This document shows, in pieces, positions 9,137 to 21,035 of a stretch of DNA of 64,000 bases; the first letter of the stretch is position 1; every line of letters starts with the position of its first letter. The DNA is taken from assembly GCA_014762505.1 (NCBI GenBank), contig JABURS010000018.1, forward strand, positions 3,889 through 67,888, given 5' to 3'. A program made the position numbers and the translations under genes. The notes below the pieces were generated by a model. That model was not told the origin of the DNA. It was given only the letters and a program-made list of their open reading frames with translations, and ran no database searches. This DNA is from Chromatiales bacterium (lineage in GTDB: Bacteria; Pseudomonadota; Gammaproteobacteria; SpSt-1174).

Positions 9137-10110
9137 GGGCGGGGGTTCCCAAAGTGATCGTAACCGCGTCGCTCCGGCAGCCAGGGCTGCCCGTCGGCGC
9201 CCAGCACGCGGGTACCGGTCCCGGGCGTGATCCGGCCGATGCGGGTAATGGGGCAGCCGGCCGCGGAGGCCAGCCGCGCAATCGCCGCCTCCTGGCCGGA
9301 GGGGGCCGTGAACAGTAGCTCGTAGTCGTCGCCGGCCGCCAGGGGCAGGCGCCAGTCGGCCTGGCCGGCGGTCATGGCCGCGCGCATGGCGGACGACAGC
9401 GGCAGCTCATCGCGCTGCAGTTCGGCCCCCACCCCACTGCGTTCGAGCACGTGGCCGAGGTCGGCAAGCAGCCCGTCGGAGACATCGATGGCCGCCGTGG
9501 CAATACCCTGCAGCCCCTGCCCCACGGACAGGCGCGGCGTGGGCCGATGCAGGCGTCCGCGGCAATAGGCGGCATCGGCCGGCGGCAGCGCCAGCCCCTC
9601 GAGCTCGCAGGCAAGCCCCAGGCCGGCGTCGCCGAGGGTGCCGGTGACGTAGATCCCGTCGCCGGCGCGCGCGCCCTCCCGTCGCAGGGCCTGGCCCGCC
9701 GCCACCTCGCCGAGCAGCTGCAGGCTGAGGGTCAGCGGGCCGCGGGTGGTGTCCCCGCCCACCAGGCTCACGTCGTAGACGCTGCAGGCCTCGGCGAGCC
9801 CCCGGGCAAAGGCGGCCAGCCAGGCCTCGTCCGCCGACGGCAGGGTCAGGGCCAGGGTGGCCCAGCGCGGGGTGCCGCCCATGGCGGCGATGTCACTGAG
9901 GCTGACCGCGAGGGTCTTGTAGCCGATGTCGAGGGGGGTTGCGCTGTCGGGAAAGTGCACGCCCGCCACCAGGGTGTCCACGGTGACGAGCAGCTGGCAG
10001 CCGGGGCCGGGGTCGAGGATGGCGGTGTCGTCGCCGATGCCGAGCGAGACGCCCGCCCCCTGCCCCAGGGGGCGGAAGTAACGGTCGATGAGGTCGAATT
10101 CGGAGGCCAT
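9133..10110 (-). CDS. thiL: Thiamine-monophosphate kinase
   Basis: MASEFDLIDRYF... AIR synthase-related fold; 4-nt overlap with pgpA; start ATG at 10108-10110. Confidence 0.9.
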   Translation of the reverse strand: MASEFDLIDRYFRPLGQGAGVSLGIGDDTAILDPGPGCQLLVTVDTLVAGVHFPDSATPLDIGYKTLAVSLSDIAAMGGTPRWATLALTLPSADEAWLAAFARGLAEACSVYDVSLVGGDTTRGPLTLSLQLLGEVAAGQALRREGARAGDGIYVTGTLGDAGLGLACELEGLALPPADAAYCRGRLHRPTPRLSVGQGLQGIATAAIDVSDGLLADLGHVLERSGVGAELQRDELPLSSAMRAAMTAGQADWRLPLAAGDDYELLFTAPSGQEAAIARLASAAGCPITRIGRITPGTGTRVLGADGQPWLPERRGYDHFGNPRP

Positions 10111-10120
10111 GACGCCGGCC

Positions 10121-10576
10121 CTAGCGACCGATCGAGACCTCGGTCTTGCGCAGTTCCTGGGCCAGCCGGTCGAGCACGCCGTTGACGAAGCGATGCGCCT
10201 GGTCGGCGCCGAACTTCTTGGTGAGCTCGATGGCCTCGTTGACCACCACGCGATACGGCACGTCCAGGCGATGCGCGAGCTCGTAGACGGCGATGCGCAG
10301 GATGGCCCGCTCCACCGGGTCCACCTCGGCCATGGTCTTGCGATCGATATAGGGCTCGACCGCCGCATCCAGCTCGGGCTGGCGCCCGGTGACCTCCAGC
10401 AGCAGTTCGCGGAAGTAGTCCGGATCGGCGCTTTCGATCTCCTCCTCGTCCTGGAACTGGGCGAGGATGTCCTTGGGGAGCTGGTCGGTGAGCTGCCACT
10501 GGTACAGGGCCTGCATCGCCAGGCGGCGCGACTTGCGCCGCGCGTGGATCAGCTTGTTGAGGTCCGGGTTGCTCAA
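10121..10576 (-). CDS. nusB: Transcription antitermination factor NusB
   Basis: ARRKSRRLAMQALYQWQLT signature; conserved ribH-nusB-thiL order. Confidence 0.9.
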   Translation of the reverse strand: MSNPDLNKLIHARRKSRRLAMQALYQWQLTDQLPKDILAQFQDEEEIESADPDYFRELLLEVTGRQPELDAAVEPYIDRKTMAEVDPVERAILRIAVYELAHRLDVPYRVVVNEAIELTKKFGADQAHRFVNGVLDRLAQELRKTEVSIGR

Positions 10577-10578
10577 GC

Positions 10579-11055
<477 letters not shown>

Positions 11056-11150
11056 GAGCCTGTCCTGTTGGGTCTGTCCTGTTGATTCGGTTTTGGCGAG
11101 TTTACAACAACTTAGCCAAACTTATTAAGGTGATTTTCAATCAGGCCGCG

Positions 11151-12275
11151 TCAGTCGTGCACGTAGTCCACGATCTCCAGGCCGAAACCGCCCAGGCCGT
11201 GGAAGCGCTTGGGCGCGCTCAGGAGCCGCATCCTGCCCACGCCCAGGTCGGCGAGGATCTGCGCGCCGATGCCGTGGGTGCGCAGCTCCTGCGGCGAGCC
11301 CTCGCGCGCAGGCGCCTCCGGCTCGCGCAGCTTGCCCGCGGCCCGCAGCGCCATGTCGCGCACACGACGCACCAGCAGGCGCGGGTCGTCCTTCTGCCGC
11401 AGGATCACGGCCACGCCCTGCCCCTCCTCGCCGATGCGGCGAATGGCGTCGCGCAGCGGCCAGCCGCAGTCGCGGCTGCCGGAGGGCAGCACGTCGCACA
11501 GCGTGTTCTCCAGGTGCACGCGCACCATGGTCGGGCTGTCGTGATCGATCTGGCCCTTCACCAGGGCGAGGTGCACCAGGTGATCGATGGCGTCCTCGTA
11601 GGCCACCAGGCGGAACTCGCCGTACTCGGTGGGGAACGGGCACTCGGCTACCCGCTCCACCGTGTGCTCGTTCTCGATGCGGTAGCGGATCAGGTCCTCG
11701 ATGGTACCCATCTTGAGGCCGTGTTCACGGGCGAAGACCTCCAGGTCGTCGCGCCGTGCCATGGTGCCGTCCTCGTTGAGGATCTCGACGATCACGGCGG
11801 CCGGCTCGAAGCCCGCCAGGCGCGCGAAGTCGCAGCCGGCCTCGGTATGCCCGGCGCGGGTGAGCACACCGCCCGGCTGGGCCATCAGGGGGAAGATGTG
11901 GCCGGGCTGGACCAGGTCTGCGGGGGCGGCGTCCGGGGCCACGGCGGTGCGCACGGTGTGGGCGCGGTCGTAGGCGGAGATGCCCGTGGTCACGCCCTCG
12001 GCCGCCTCGATGGAGACGGTGAAGTTGGTGCCGTGCTGGTCGGCGGTGCGCCCCACCATCAGCGGCAGGTCGAGCTGGCGGCAGCGCTCGCGGGTGAGCG
12101 TGAGGCAGATCAGGCCACGGCCGTAGCGCGCCATGAAGTTGATGTCCTCCGGGCGCACCATGGAGGCGACCATGAGCAGATCGCCCTCGTTCTCGCGATC
12201 CTCGTCATCGAGGATGATGACCATCTTGCCCTGGCGTAGGTCGTCCAGGATCTCTTCAACCGTATTGAATGGCAT
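11151..12275 (-). CDS. ribBA: Bifunctional 3,4-dihydroxy-2-butanone-4-phosphate synthase / GTP cyclohydrolase II
   Basis: N-terminal LDDEDRENEGDL (RibB) and C-terminal GTP cyclohydrolase II domain; 374 aa. Confidence 0.95.
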   Translation of the reverse strand: MPFNTVEEILDDLRQGKMVIILDDEDRENEGDLLMVASMVRPEDINFMARYGRGLICLTLTRERCRQLDLPLMVGRTADQHGTNFTVSIEAAEGVTTGISAYDRAHTVRTAVAPDAAPADLVQPGHIFPLMAQPGGVLTRAGHTEAGCDFARLAGFEPAAVIVEILNEDGTMARRDDLEVFAREHGLKMGTIEDLIRYRIENEHTVERVAECPFPTEYGEFRLVAYEDAIDHLVHLALVKGQIDHDSPTMVRVHLENTLCDVLPSGSRDCGWPLRDAIRRIGEEGQGVAVILRQKDDPRLLVRRVRDMALRAAGKLREPEAPAREGSPQELRTHGIGAQILADLGVGRMRLLSAPKRFHGLGGFGLEIVDYVHD

Positions 12276-12312
12276 GTGTCACCAGTAAAGGCCGGCGCGA
12301 GCCGGCGTGTCG

Positions 12313-12975
12313 TCATCCGCGAGACAGGAAGCCGTGTTCGGCCAGGAGTTCCAGCGTGACCCCCTGGCCGGGCGTGGCGGCCCGCTCGCCGAGCAGCAGG
12401 CGCTCAAGGTAGCGGGCAATAATGTCCACTTCAAGGTTTACCCGGGTGCCCGTGCGGTAATGACGGAGCGTGGTCTCGGCCAGGGTATGCGGCACGATGT
12501 TGAGATCGAACACCGCCCCGTCCACCGCATTCACCGTGAGGCTCACGCCATCCACGCAGATCGAGCCCTTGGTGGCGATGTAGCGCGCCAGTGCATCCGG
12601 GGCCTGGATGCGAAAGCGCACCGAGCGGCCGTCGTCGCTGCGCTCGACCACCTGGCCGACGCCGTCGACGTGACCGCTCACCAGGTGCCCGCCAAGGCGC
12701 GTGTCGGGGGTGAGCGCCTTTTCCAGGTTCACCTCGCCGCCCACGGCCAGGTCGCCCAGCGTGGTGCGCGACAGCGTCTCGCCCGAGACGTCCGCCCAGA
12801 AGCCGTCCCCCGTCAGTTCCACGGCGGTGAGGCACACGCCATTGGTGGCGATGCTGTCGCCGATGACCACGTCACCCAGGTCCAGCTTGCCGGTACCGAT
12901 GTGCATGCGCGCGTCGGTGCCGCGTGCGTCGATGCGGCGGATGGTGCCGACGGCCTCGATGATCCCCGTGAACAT
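12313..12975 (-). CDS. ribE: Riboflavin synthase alpha subunit
   Basis: MFTGIIEAVGTI... and internal repeat GDSIATNGVCLT / GSICVDGVSLT lumazine-binding repeats. Confidence 0.95.
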   Translation of the reverse strand: MFTGIIEAVGTIRRIDARGTDARMHIGTGKLDLGDVVIGDSIATNGVCLTAVELTGDGFWADVSGETLSRTTLGDLAVGGEVNLEKALTPDTRLGGHLVSGHVDGVGQVVERSDDGRSVRFRIQAPDALARYIATKGSICVDGVSLTVNAVDGAVFDLNIVPHTLAETTLRHYRTGTRVNLEVDIIARYLERLLLGERAATPGQGVTLELLAEHGFLSRG

Positions 12976-12983
12976 GTCGCCTC

Positions 12984-13556
12984 TCAGTCCGTCTTGAGCG
13001 TGACGCTGTAGCTCGTCATGGGCAGCGCCGTCGCGTTGTTGAACTCGGCCCCCGCCTCCACGCCGATACGGGCGATGGTCTCGGGGTCCTCGTGCTGGTC
13101 GTACCCCGCATACATGGCACCCAGCGCGAACTCCGCGCCCGAGCCGATGGCCCAGAAGCGCGTGTACTCGAAGACCTCGCGCAGGGCGAACACGCCGAAC
13201 ACCCCGTGCGGGTTGATCAGCAGGGCATCCATGCGCGAGGACTCGTAGGGGTCCTCATCCTCGTCCTTGGGATTGAGGTAGTACTTCTCCTTCAGCACCG
13301 GGTGCAGCTCGCGAAAGGTCTCGAAGATCGCCATACGGCTGTCGAAACGATGCGCGGTGTCGTCATCCAGCAGGCTCTGCATCACGATGTGATGCGCGGC
13401 GCTGCCTACCAGGCCGATGTGGTTGTCGGCAAAGCGGTGGATCTTGTCATAGCTCGATTCATAGCCACAGGCCTGCTTGGTGTCGCCGAAGGTCGTGAGA
13501 CTGTCGGCGGCGATGCAGGCGCGGTTGCCCTTGCGGACGGCGACGATGGTGGACAT
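12984..13556 (-). CDS. HslV/proteasome-beta-like Ntn hydrolase (standalone; no hslU nearby) embedded in the riboflavin operon
   Basis: MSTIVAVRKGNRACIAADSLTTFGDTKQ...YDKIHRF... and AIGSGAEFALGAMYA align with E. coli HslV [25 protein letters not shown]...KKVRRL...AIGSGGPYAQAAARA; 9-bp gap to ribE, 57-bp gap to ribD. Confidence 0.7.
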   Translation of the reverse strand: MSTIVAVRKGNRACIAADSLTTFGDTKQACGYESSYDKIHRFADNHIGLVGSAAHHIVMQSLLDDDTAHRFDSRMAIFETFRELHPVLKEKYYLNPKDEDEDPYESSRMDALLINPHGVFGVFALREVFEYTRFWAIGSGAEFALGAMYAGYDQHEDPETIARIGVEAGAEFNNATALPMTSYSVTLKTD

Positions 13557-13613
13557 CAGTATTCCCGGTTGTGCAGGTAAAAATCCCGGCCACAGGCGGC
13601 CGGTGAAAAAGGT

Positions 13614-14726
13614 TCAGTCTTGCGGCAGCGCCGTGATGCGCCAGTCCTCGCCCACGGCACGGACGTCGGCGATCTTCAGCCGGACGCGTTCGGCCATGCG
13701 GACAATGCCCGGCAGATGGAACAGGCCGTGGGCCTCGCTGCCCATCAGGCACGGGGCCATGTAGATGACGAGCTCGTCGACCAGGCCCGCCGCCAGCAGG
13801 GCGCCGCTGAGTACGCTGCCGGCCTCCACGTGCAGGTCGTTGACCTCGCGGCGGGCCAGCTCCGCCATCACGGCATGCAGGTCCAGCGCCACGGCATCGC
13901 CCGGCATGGCCATCACCTCCGCCCCGGCGGCCGCGAGTTCGGCCTGGCGGACGCCATCCTCGCTGGCGGTGAGGATCAGGGTCTGCCCCGCCAGCCCCAG
14001 CATGGGCAGGTCTGCCGGCGTGAGCAGCCCGGGATCGAGGATCACGCGCAGCGGCTGGCGCACGGGGCCGTCGATGCCGAGCGCCACCGTATCCAGGCGC
14101 ACGTTGAGCGAGGGTCGGTCCTTCAGCACGGTACCGATGCCGGTGAGCACCGCCGAACTCGCGGCCCGCAGGCGCTGCACGTCGGCACGTGCCGCCTCGC
14201 CGGTGATCCACTGGCTCTCGCCGGAGGCCATGGCGGTGCGCCCGTCCAGGCTCATGGCGAGCTTCACCCGCACCCGGGGCCGGCCGCGCGTCATGCGCGA
14301 GACGAAGCCGGCATTGAGGGCCCGGGCCTCGGCCTCGAGCACCCCGACACGGGTCTCGATACCGGCGGCGGCGAGTCGCGCCAGACCCTGACCGGCCACC
14401 TGCGGGTTCGGGTCGGTCATGGCCGCGACCACACGGCTGACGCCCGCCGCGATCAGGGCGTCGGCGCAGGGCGGCGTGCGGCCGTGGTGACTGCAGGGTT
14501 CGAGGGTGACATAGACCGTCCCCCCGCGTGCCCGTTCGCCCGCCGCCCGCAGGGCCAGCACCTCGGCATGGGGCTCGCCGGCACGGTGGTGCCAGCCCTC
14601 GCCCACCACCTCGCCGTCGCGCACCACCACGCTGCCCACCCGCGGGTTGGGGTGCGTGGTATAGCGGCCGCGCCGGGCGAGCGCCAGCGCGCGGACCATG
14701 TATGACGTGTCGTCCAGCGGCATCAT
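13614..14726 (-). CDS. ribD: Bifunctional riboflavin biosynthesis deaminase/reductase RibD
   Basis: YMVRALALARRGRYTTHPNPRVGSVVV...HAEV...LEPCSHHGRTPPC deaminase zinc motifs plus C-terminal reductase domain; start MMPLDD at 14724-14726. Confidence 0.93.
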   Translation of the reverse strand: MMPLDDTSYMVRALALARRGRYTTHPNPRVGSVVVRDGEVVGEGWHHRAGEPHAEVLALRAAGERARGGTVYVTLEPCSHHGRTPPCADALIAAGVSRVVAAMTDPNPQVAGQGLARLAAAGIETRVGVLEAEARALNAGFVSRMTRGRPRVRVKLAMSLDGRTAMASGESQWITGEAARADVQRLRAASSAVLTGIGTVLKDRPSLNVRLDTVALGIDGPVRQPLRVILDPGLLTPADLPMLGLAGQTLILTASEDGVRQAELAAAGAEVMAMPGDAVALDLHAVMAELARREVNDLHVEAGSVLSGALLAAGLVDELVIYMAPCLMGSEAHGLFHLPGIVRMAERVRLKIADVRAVGEDWRITALPQD

Positions 14727-14772
14727 CGAGCCGTCGCGCAGCCGTCGGGGCAGGAATCGGACAGGTGGCGGC

Positions 14773-15285
14773 TCAAGCCGGCTCCTCACCCTCGCCGAGC
14801 AGGGGGATCTGGTTCTTGCGCATCTCGGGGGTGAGGTCCTTCTCCAGGCGCTCGATCACCTCGCGGAAGGCATCCACGTCCTCGAAGCTCAGATAGACGG
14901 AGGCGAAGCGGATATAGGCCACCTGGTCCAGGCCGCGCAGCTCCTCCATCACCCACTCGCCCACGCGGCTGGAGGGGATCTCGCGCTCGCCCGCGCCCAT
15001 GAGCCGGCGCTTGATGCGGTTGATCGCGTCCTCGACGCGCTCGGTCTCCACCGGCCGCTTTTCCAGCGCGTGCATCATGCCGCCGCGCAGCTTTTCCTCG
15101 GCGAAGGGTTCGCGGCTGCCGTCACGCTTGACGATACGGGGCAGGCTGAGCTCGGCGGTCTCGTAGGTGGTGAAGCGTTCGTTGCAGCTCATGCACTCGC
15201 GCCGACGACGAATCTGGTCACCCTCGCCCGCCAGGCGCGAGTCGATCACCCGGGTATCCGGCGAACCGCAGAACGGACAGCGCAT
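14773..15285 (-). CDS. nrdR: Transcriptional repressor NrdR
   Basis: [17 protein letters not shown]...[12 protein letters not shown] zinc ribbon plus ATP-cone. Confidence 0.95.
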   Translation of the reverse strand: MRCPFCGSPDTRVIDSRLAGEGDQIRRRRECMSCNERFTTYETAELSLPRIVKRDGSREPFAEEKLRGGMMHALEKRPVETERVEDAINRIKRRLMGAGEREIPSSRVGEWVMEELRGLDQVAYIRFASVYLSFEDVDAFREVIERLEKDLTPEMRKNQIPLLGEGEEPA

Positions 15286-15306
15286 CGCGAGACCCCGGTC
15301 CGTCCG

Positions 15307-16563
15307 CTACTGGCCGTAGACCGGCAGACGGCGACAGACGTCCAGCACCTGCCCCTTCACGCGCTCGATCACGTCGGCCGCGCCGCGCGCATCGATCACG
15401 TCGCAGATCCAGCCGGCCAGGTCGGTGGCCTCCTGCTTGCCGAAGCCGCGGGTGGTGATGGCCGGGGTGCCGATGCGGATGCCGGAGGTGACGAAGGGCG
15501 ACTGCGGGTCGTTCGGCACGGCGTTCTTGTTGACGGTGATGTTGGCGCTGCCCAGCCAGGCATCCACGTCCTTGCCGGTCAGCTCCTGACGGATGAAGCT
15601 CACCAGGAAGAGGTGGTTGTCGGTGCCACCGGAGACGACGTCGAAGCCGCGCTCGATGAACACCTGCGCCATGGCGCGGGCGTTCTCCACCACCTGCTGC
15701 TGGTAGGTCTTGAACTCGGGCTCCAGCGCCTCCTTGAAGGCGACGGCCTTGGCCGCGATCACGTGCATCAGCGGACCACCCTGGGTGCCAGGGAAGACCA
15801 GCGAGTTGAGCTTCTTCTCGATCTCGGGGTTGGCCTTGGCGAGGATGATGCCGCCGCGCGGACCGCGCAGGGTCTTGTGCGTGGTGGAGGTGGTCACGTC
15901 GGCGATGTTCACCGGGCTCGGGTAGACGCCGGCGGCGATCAGGCCGGCCACATGGGCCATGTCCACCATCAGGTAGGCGCCGACCTTGTCGGCGATGTCG
16001 CGGAAGCGCTGCCAGTCGACCACGCGCGAGTAGGCGGAGAAGCCGGCCACCACCATCTTCGGCCGGTGCTCCAGGGCCAGGCGCTCGACCTCGTCGTAGT
16101 CGATATAGCCCTGCTCGTCGATGCCGTACTGCACCGCGTTGTAGATCTTGCCGGAGAAGTTGACCTTGGCGCCGTGGGTGAGATGGCCGCCGTGGGCCAG
16201 GCTCATGCCCAGCACGGTGTCGCCCGGCTCCAGCAGGGCCATGTAGACGGCGGCGTTGGCCTGCGAACCGGAGTGCGGCTGCACGTTGGCGTAATCGGCG
16301 TCGAACAGCTGCTTCACGCGGTCGATGGCCAGCTGCTCGGCGATATCCACGTATTCGCAGCCGCCATAATAGCGCTTGCCAGGATAGCCCTCGGCGTACT
16401 TGTTGGTCAGCACCGAGCCCTGCGCCTCCATCACGCGCGGGCTGGCGTAGTTCTCCGAGGCGATCAGCTCGATGTGTTCCTCCTGACGACGCGCCTCGGA
16501 TTCGATGGCGTTCCAGAGCTCGTCGTCGAAACCGGCAATGCCCATGTCTAGGATCGAAAACAT
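15307..16563 (-). CDS. glyA: Serine hydroxymethyltransferase
   Basis: Near-full-length alignment to E. coli GlyA ([10 protein letters not shown]..., [15 protein letters not shown] lysine region). Confidence 0.97.
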   Translation of the reverse strand: MFSILDMGIAGFDDELWNAIESEARRQEEHIELIASENYASPRVMEAQGSVLTNKYAEGYPGKRYYGGCEYVDIAEQLAIDRVKQLFDADYANVQPHSGSQANAAVYMALLEPGDTVLGMSLAHGGHLTHGAKVNFSGKIYNAVQYGIDEQGYIDYDEVERLALEHRPKMVVAGFSAYSRVVDWQRFRDIADKVGAYLMVDMAHVAGLIAAGVYPSPVNIADVTTSTTHKTLRGPRGGIILAKANPEIEKKLNSLVFPGTQGGPLMHVIAAKAVAFKEALEPEFKTYQQQVVENARAMAQVFIERGFDVVSGGTDNHLFLVSFIRQELTGKDVDAWLGSANITVNKNAVPNDPQSPFVTSGIRIGTPAITTRGFGKQEATDLAGWICDVIDARGAADVIERVKGQVLDVCRRLPVYGQ

Positions 16564-16756
16564 CGTGCTGATTCTCCCGTGAGTGCAAGTGCGTCAAGAT
16601 CGCGTAAGGCCGCGAATTATACCGGATTTGGTTGGACCCGACACGGTCGGCAACCAGATTTTGTGGCTGCGCCCCCTCCTCCTATGCATCGACCCCGTCA
16701 TGGAACCGCCCCCGCTTCCCTGCGATAATCGCGACACGACCCGCAAGGAGCCCCAC

Positions 16757-17446
16757 ATGCTGCGCCCACGCCTCGCCCTGCCCCTGCTCGCCACGGTACT
16801 CGCCACCCCCGCCATGGCCGCCGGCAACGTGCGGCTCGGCATGGGGCTGGACCCGGTGATCTCGAGCTTCACGCTCTATTACGAGCGCTACGAGACCGAC
16901 CTGGCCATGACCGGCAACGCCGTGGAGACCCGCATCGAGCGGCTCGGCTTCAGCTTCAGCCAGCCGCTGGGGCGTCACCTCTACGGTGATGTCGACCTCG
17001 GCTACCTCGCCACCTTCCAGGACGATCACCCGGTCATCGGCGACAACGACCTGGACGGCGGCTATCTCGGCGTCACGCTGCAGGGCAGCTACCCCCTCGG
17101 CGAGGCCTTCGCCCTGGGCAGCAGCCTCGGCTACAGCTATAACTGGGCCGACGGCGACGTGAACGGCGTGGAGACCGATATCAGCTGGGGCGAGGCGCGG
17201 GCGCGGGCCTGGACGGAGCTGCGCCTTCCGGCGGCGCGTCTGCGCGTCGGCGTCCAGGGCCAGCACCTGGACGGCGAGATGACCTACGAGACCATGCCCT
17301 CGCAGACCTTCACCTTCGACGCCGGGAACAGCACCGGCGCCTTTGCCGGCATCGACCTCTACACCAGTGGCGCGGGCCGGATCAGCCTCTACGGCCAGAC
17401 GGGCGACCGCGAGGGCTTCACGCTGGGCTTTGCCGCCGACTACTGA
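16757..17446 (+). CDS. Outer-membrane beta-barrel protein (signal peptide, C-terminal aromatic residue)
   Basis: MLRPRLALPLLATVLATPAMAAGN signal; alternating amphipathic strands; terminal ...FAADY; AAGGAG RBS at 16745-16750. Confidence 0.65.
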   Translation: MLRPRLALPLLATVLATPAMAAGNVRLGMGLDPVISSFTLYYERYETDLAMTGNAVETRIERLGFSFSQPLGRHLYGDVDLGYLATFQDDHPVIGDNDLDGGYLGVTLQGSYPLGEAFALGSSLGYSYNWADGDVNGVETDISWGEARARAWTELRLPAARLRVGVQGQHLDGEMTYETMPSQTFTFDAGNSTGAFAGIDLYTSGAGRISLYGQTGDREGFTLGFAADY

Positions 17447-17459
17447 CGCGCACCCGGCC

Positions 17460-17490
17460 CAAAAAAAACGGCGCCCGAAGGCGCCGTCAG
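17460..17490 (-). terminator. Rho-independent terminator for the alpha/beta hydrolase gene (minus-strand transcript)
   Basis: A-run followed by GGCGCC-CGAA-GGCGCC hairpin on +, i.e. hairpin then U-run on the minus transcript. Confidence 0.6.
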
Positions 17491-17510
17491 CTCGATCAAG
17501 ATAGGACGGC

Positions 17511-18410
17511 CTACCAGCCCAGATAGCCCTCGATGATGTCGGCCACGTCCTCTGCGTAGAGGTCGCGGAAGAAGTGGTCGGCGCCGTCGATGACCTCGAA
17601 GCGGATGGTCTCACCATCGGCGATCGGCGCCATCTTCTCCGGCAGATCGGCCACGGTGGTGTCTTCCGAACCGGCGAACACCAGCACCGGACGCTTCATC
17701 TCTGCCAGCAGTGCCGGGGTGTCGCGATCGGTGGCGTCGTAATAGGAGACCACGGACGCCGCAGAGGCGGTGGCATCCTCGCAGTAGACGAAGCCGATGC
17801 CCTTCAGCAGCTCGTCACCCTTGCCGGCCTTGACCATGCCTTCTGCGCGTTTCACCACGGACTCCAGCGGCTTGCCATACCGCTCCTTGTAGGACTTCGC
17901 TTCCTTGTCTGCATCATGCGTCGCCGGGGCGATGAGGATCATCGGCACATCGTTCATGTCCGGATGGGCCTTGGCATACATGGCGATCTGGTTGCCGCCG
18001 CGCGAGTGGCCCAGCAGCGCCAACTGCCCGGCGCCCTCGGACTTCAGCCAGTCGACCCACAGGCCCACCTCGCGCACCGCGTCCTCGTGAAGATGGGTGT
18101 GGGTGGCGGCGCAGTCCATCATCCCCTCGCGGTTGCTGATGTCGTAGCCGAGGTTGACGGCCAGCGAGCTGTAGCCGCGCGCGGCCATCACGTTCTGCAT
18201 GGCCTGCATTATCTCCATGCGGCTGTGCGCCAGCGTACCGTGCAGCATCACGATCACGCCGTCTTCCAGGGACTTGCCATCGGCCAGCTTCAGCTCCGCG
18301 GTCAGGGTGGTGTCGCCATCCTTGAGCGTGAGCTGCTCGGCCGCTGCGGCAAGCGGCAGCAGCAACAACAGACCGAGCGCCAGGCGGCGCAGCATTACGG
18401 GTAGGCTCAT
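17511..18410 (-). CDS. Secreted alpha/beta-fold hydrolase
   Basis: Signal peptide MSLPVMLRRLALGLLLLLPLAAAA; GHSRGG nucleophile elbow (GxSxG); C-terminal Asp/His region. Confidence 0.8.
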   Translation of the reverse strand: MSLPVMLRRLALGLLLLLPLAAAAEQLTLKDGDTTLTAELKLADGKSLEDGVIVMLHGTLAHSRMEIMQAMQNVMAARGYSSLAVNLGYDISNREGMMDCAATHTHLHEDAVREVGLWVDWLKSEGAGQLALLGHSRGGNQIAMYAKAHPDMNDVPMILIAPATHDADKEAKSYKERYGKPLESVVKRAEGMVKAGKGDELLKGIGFVYCEDATASAASVVSYYDATDRDTPALLAEMKRPVLVFAGSEDTTVADLPEKMAPIADGETIRFEVIDGADHFFRDLYAEDVADIIEGYLGW

Positions 18411-18529
18411 GTCGGTTCTCCTCCGGGGATGTTATTGTCTGTTACGCTTCTTTGTCCCTGCCTCGCTGGCAGAGGTTCACGGAATCTTAGATAATTCCAC
18501 CCCTGAACTCCAACCTCTATCGGATCGAC

Positions 18530-20197
<1,668 letters not shown>

Positions 20198-20222
20198 TAC
20201 GCGCCCCGGAGGCGCACGGGCA

Positions 20223-21032
20223 ATGAGCGAACTCTTTGCGGGGCGGACCGAGGTCCTGGCCCGCGCGGTACTGGTCGGCGAGCGTATCGAGGTACGCGCG
20301 CTGGAGAATGCCGAGCGCCTGGCCTCCTCCCCGTCCACCGTGGCGGTGGGCACCAGCGGCTGTGCCGTGCTGTTCCGCTATGGCGTGGTGGTGTTCTTCG
20401 GGGTGGAGGCCATGGAAGAGGCCACCTTCCTCGACCAGCTGCAGCGGCTGGTCACGGCACCCTGCAGCGGGCGCGCCGAAACCGAGAGCCTGCGCCTGCA
20501 CATCGCGGCCGACGGGCGCGACCAGGTCGCCAACGGCGAGCTGCGCACGGGTGACGCCCGCATCGAGCGTCTGCAGGTGATCGCCGACATCCTCGCCAAG
20601 AGCGTGGTGCTGGCCGAGTACGAGGCCCGCGTCGGCAAGGCCTTCGACGAGGCCGAGCCACAGGCCGCCGCCATGGCGCAGAAGGGCACATCGGCCCATC
20701 GCGGCCGCCAGCTCATCCGTGACATCGGCAGTGGACTGCACAGCCTGCATCGCATGGTCGGGCGCGTCGAGGTCGGCGAGAAGCCGGAGATCCTCTGGGA
20801 AAAACCCGAACTCGAACTGCTCTACGTGCGGCTGGAGGACGAATACGAACTCAAGGAGCGCCAGCTCGCACTGGAACGCAAGCTCGACGTCATCAGCCGC
20901 ACGGCCGAGACCCAGCTCGAACTGCTGCAGGCCAGGCGCACGCTGCGGGTCGAGTGGTACATCACCATACTCATCGTGATCGAGATCATGCTTACGCTGT
21001 ACGAGATGTTCATCCGCGGGGGGACGCACTAG
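20223..21032 (+). CDS. RMD1/DUF155-family protein with C-terminal TM helix
   Basis: 269-aa ORF, C-terminal hydrophobic WYITILIVIEIMLTLYEMFI; resembles the DUF155 family (inference from memory). Confidence 0.55.
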   Translation: MSELFAGRTEVLARAVLVGERIEVRALENAERLASSPSTVAVGTSGCAVLFRYGVVVFFGVEAMEEATFLDQLQRLVTAPCSGRAETESLRLHIAADGRDQVANGELRTGDARIERLQVIADILAKSVVLAEYEARVGKAFDEAEPQAAAMAQKGTSAHRGRQLIRDIGSGLHSLHRMVGRVEVGEKPEILWEKPELELLYVRLEDEYELKERQLALERKLDVISRTAETQLELLQARRTLRVEWYITILIVIEIMLTLYEMFIRGGTH

Positions 21033-21035
21033 CCG

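Noticed and set aside
11061-11084. Direct repeat ctgtcctgttg x2 between ribBA and ribH
   Set aside because: It is short and probably reflects SD-like AGGACAG motifs in the ribH 5' region. No FMN-riboswitch (RFN) conserved blocks were found here or elsewhere in the rib cluster.
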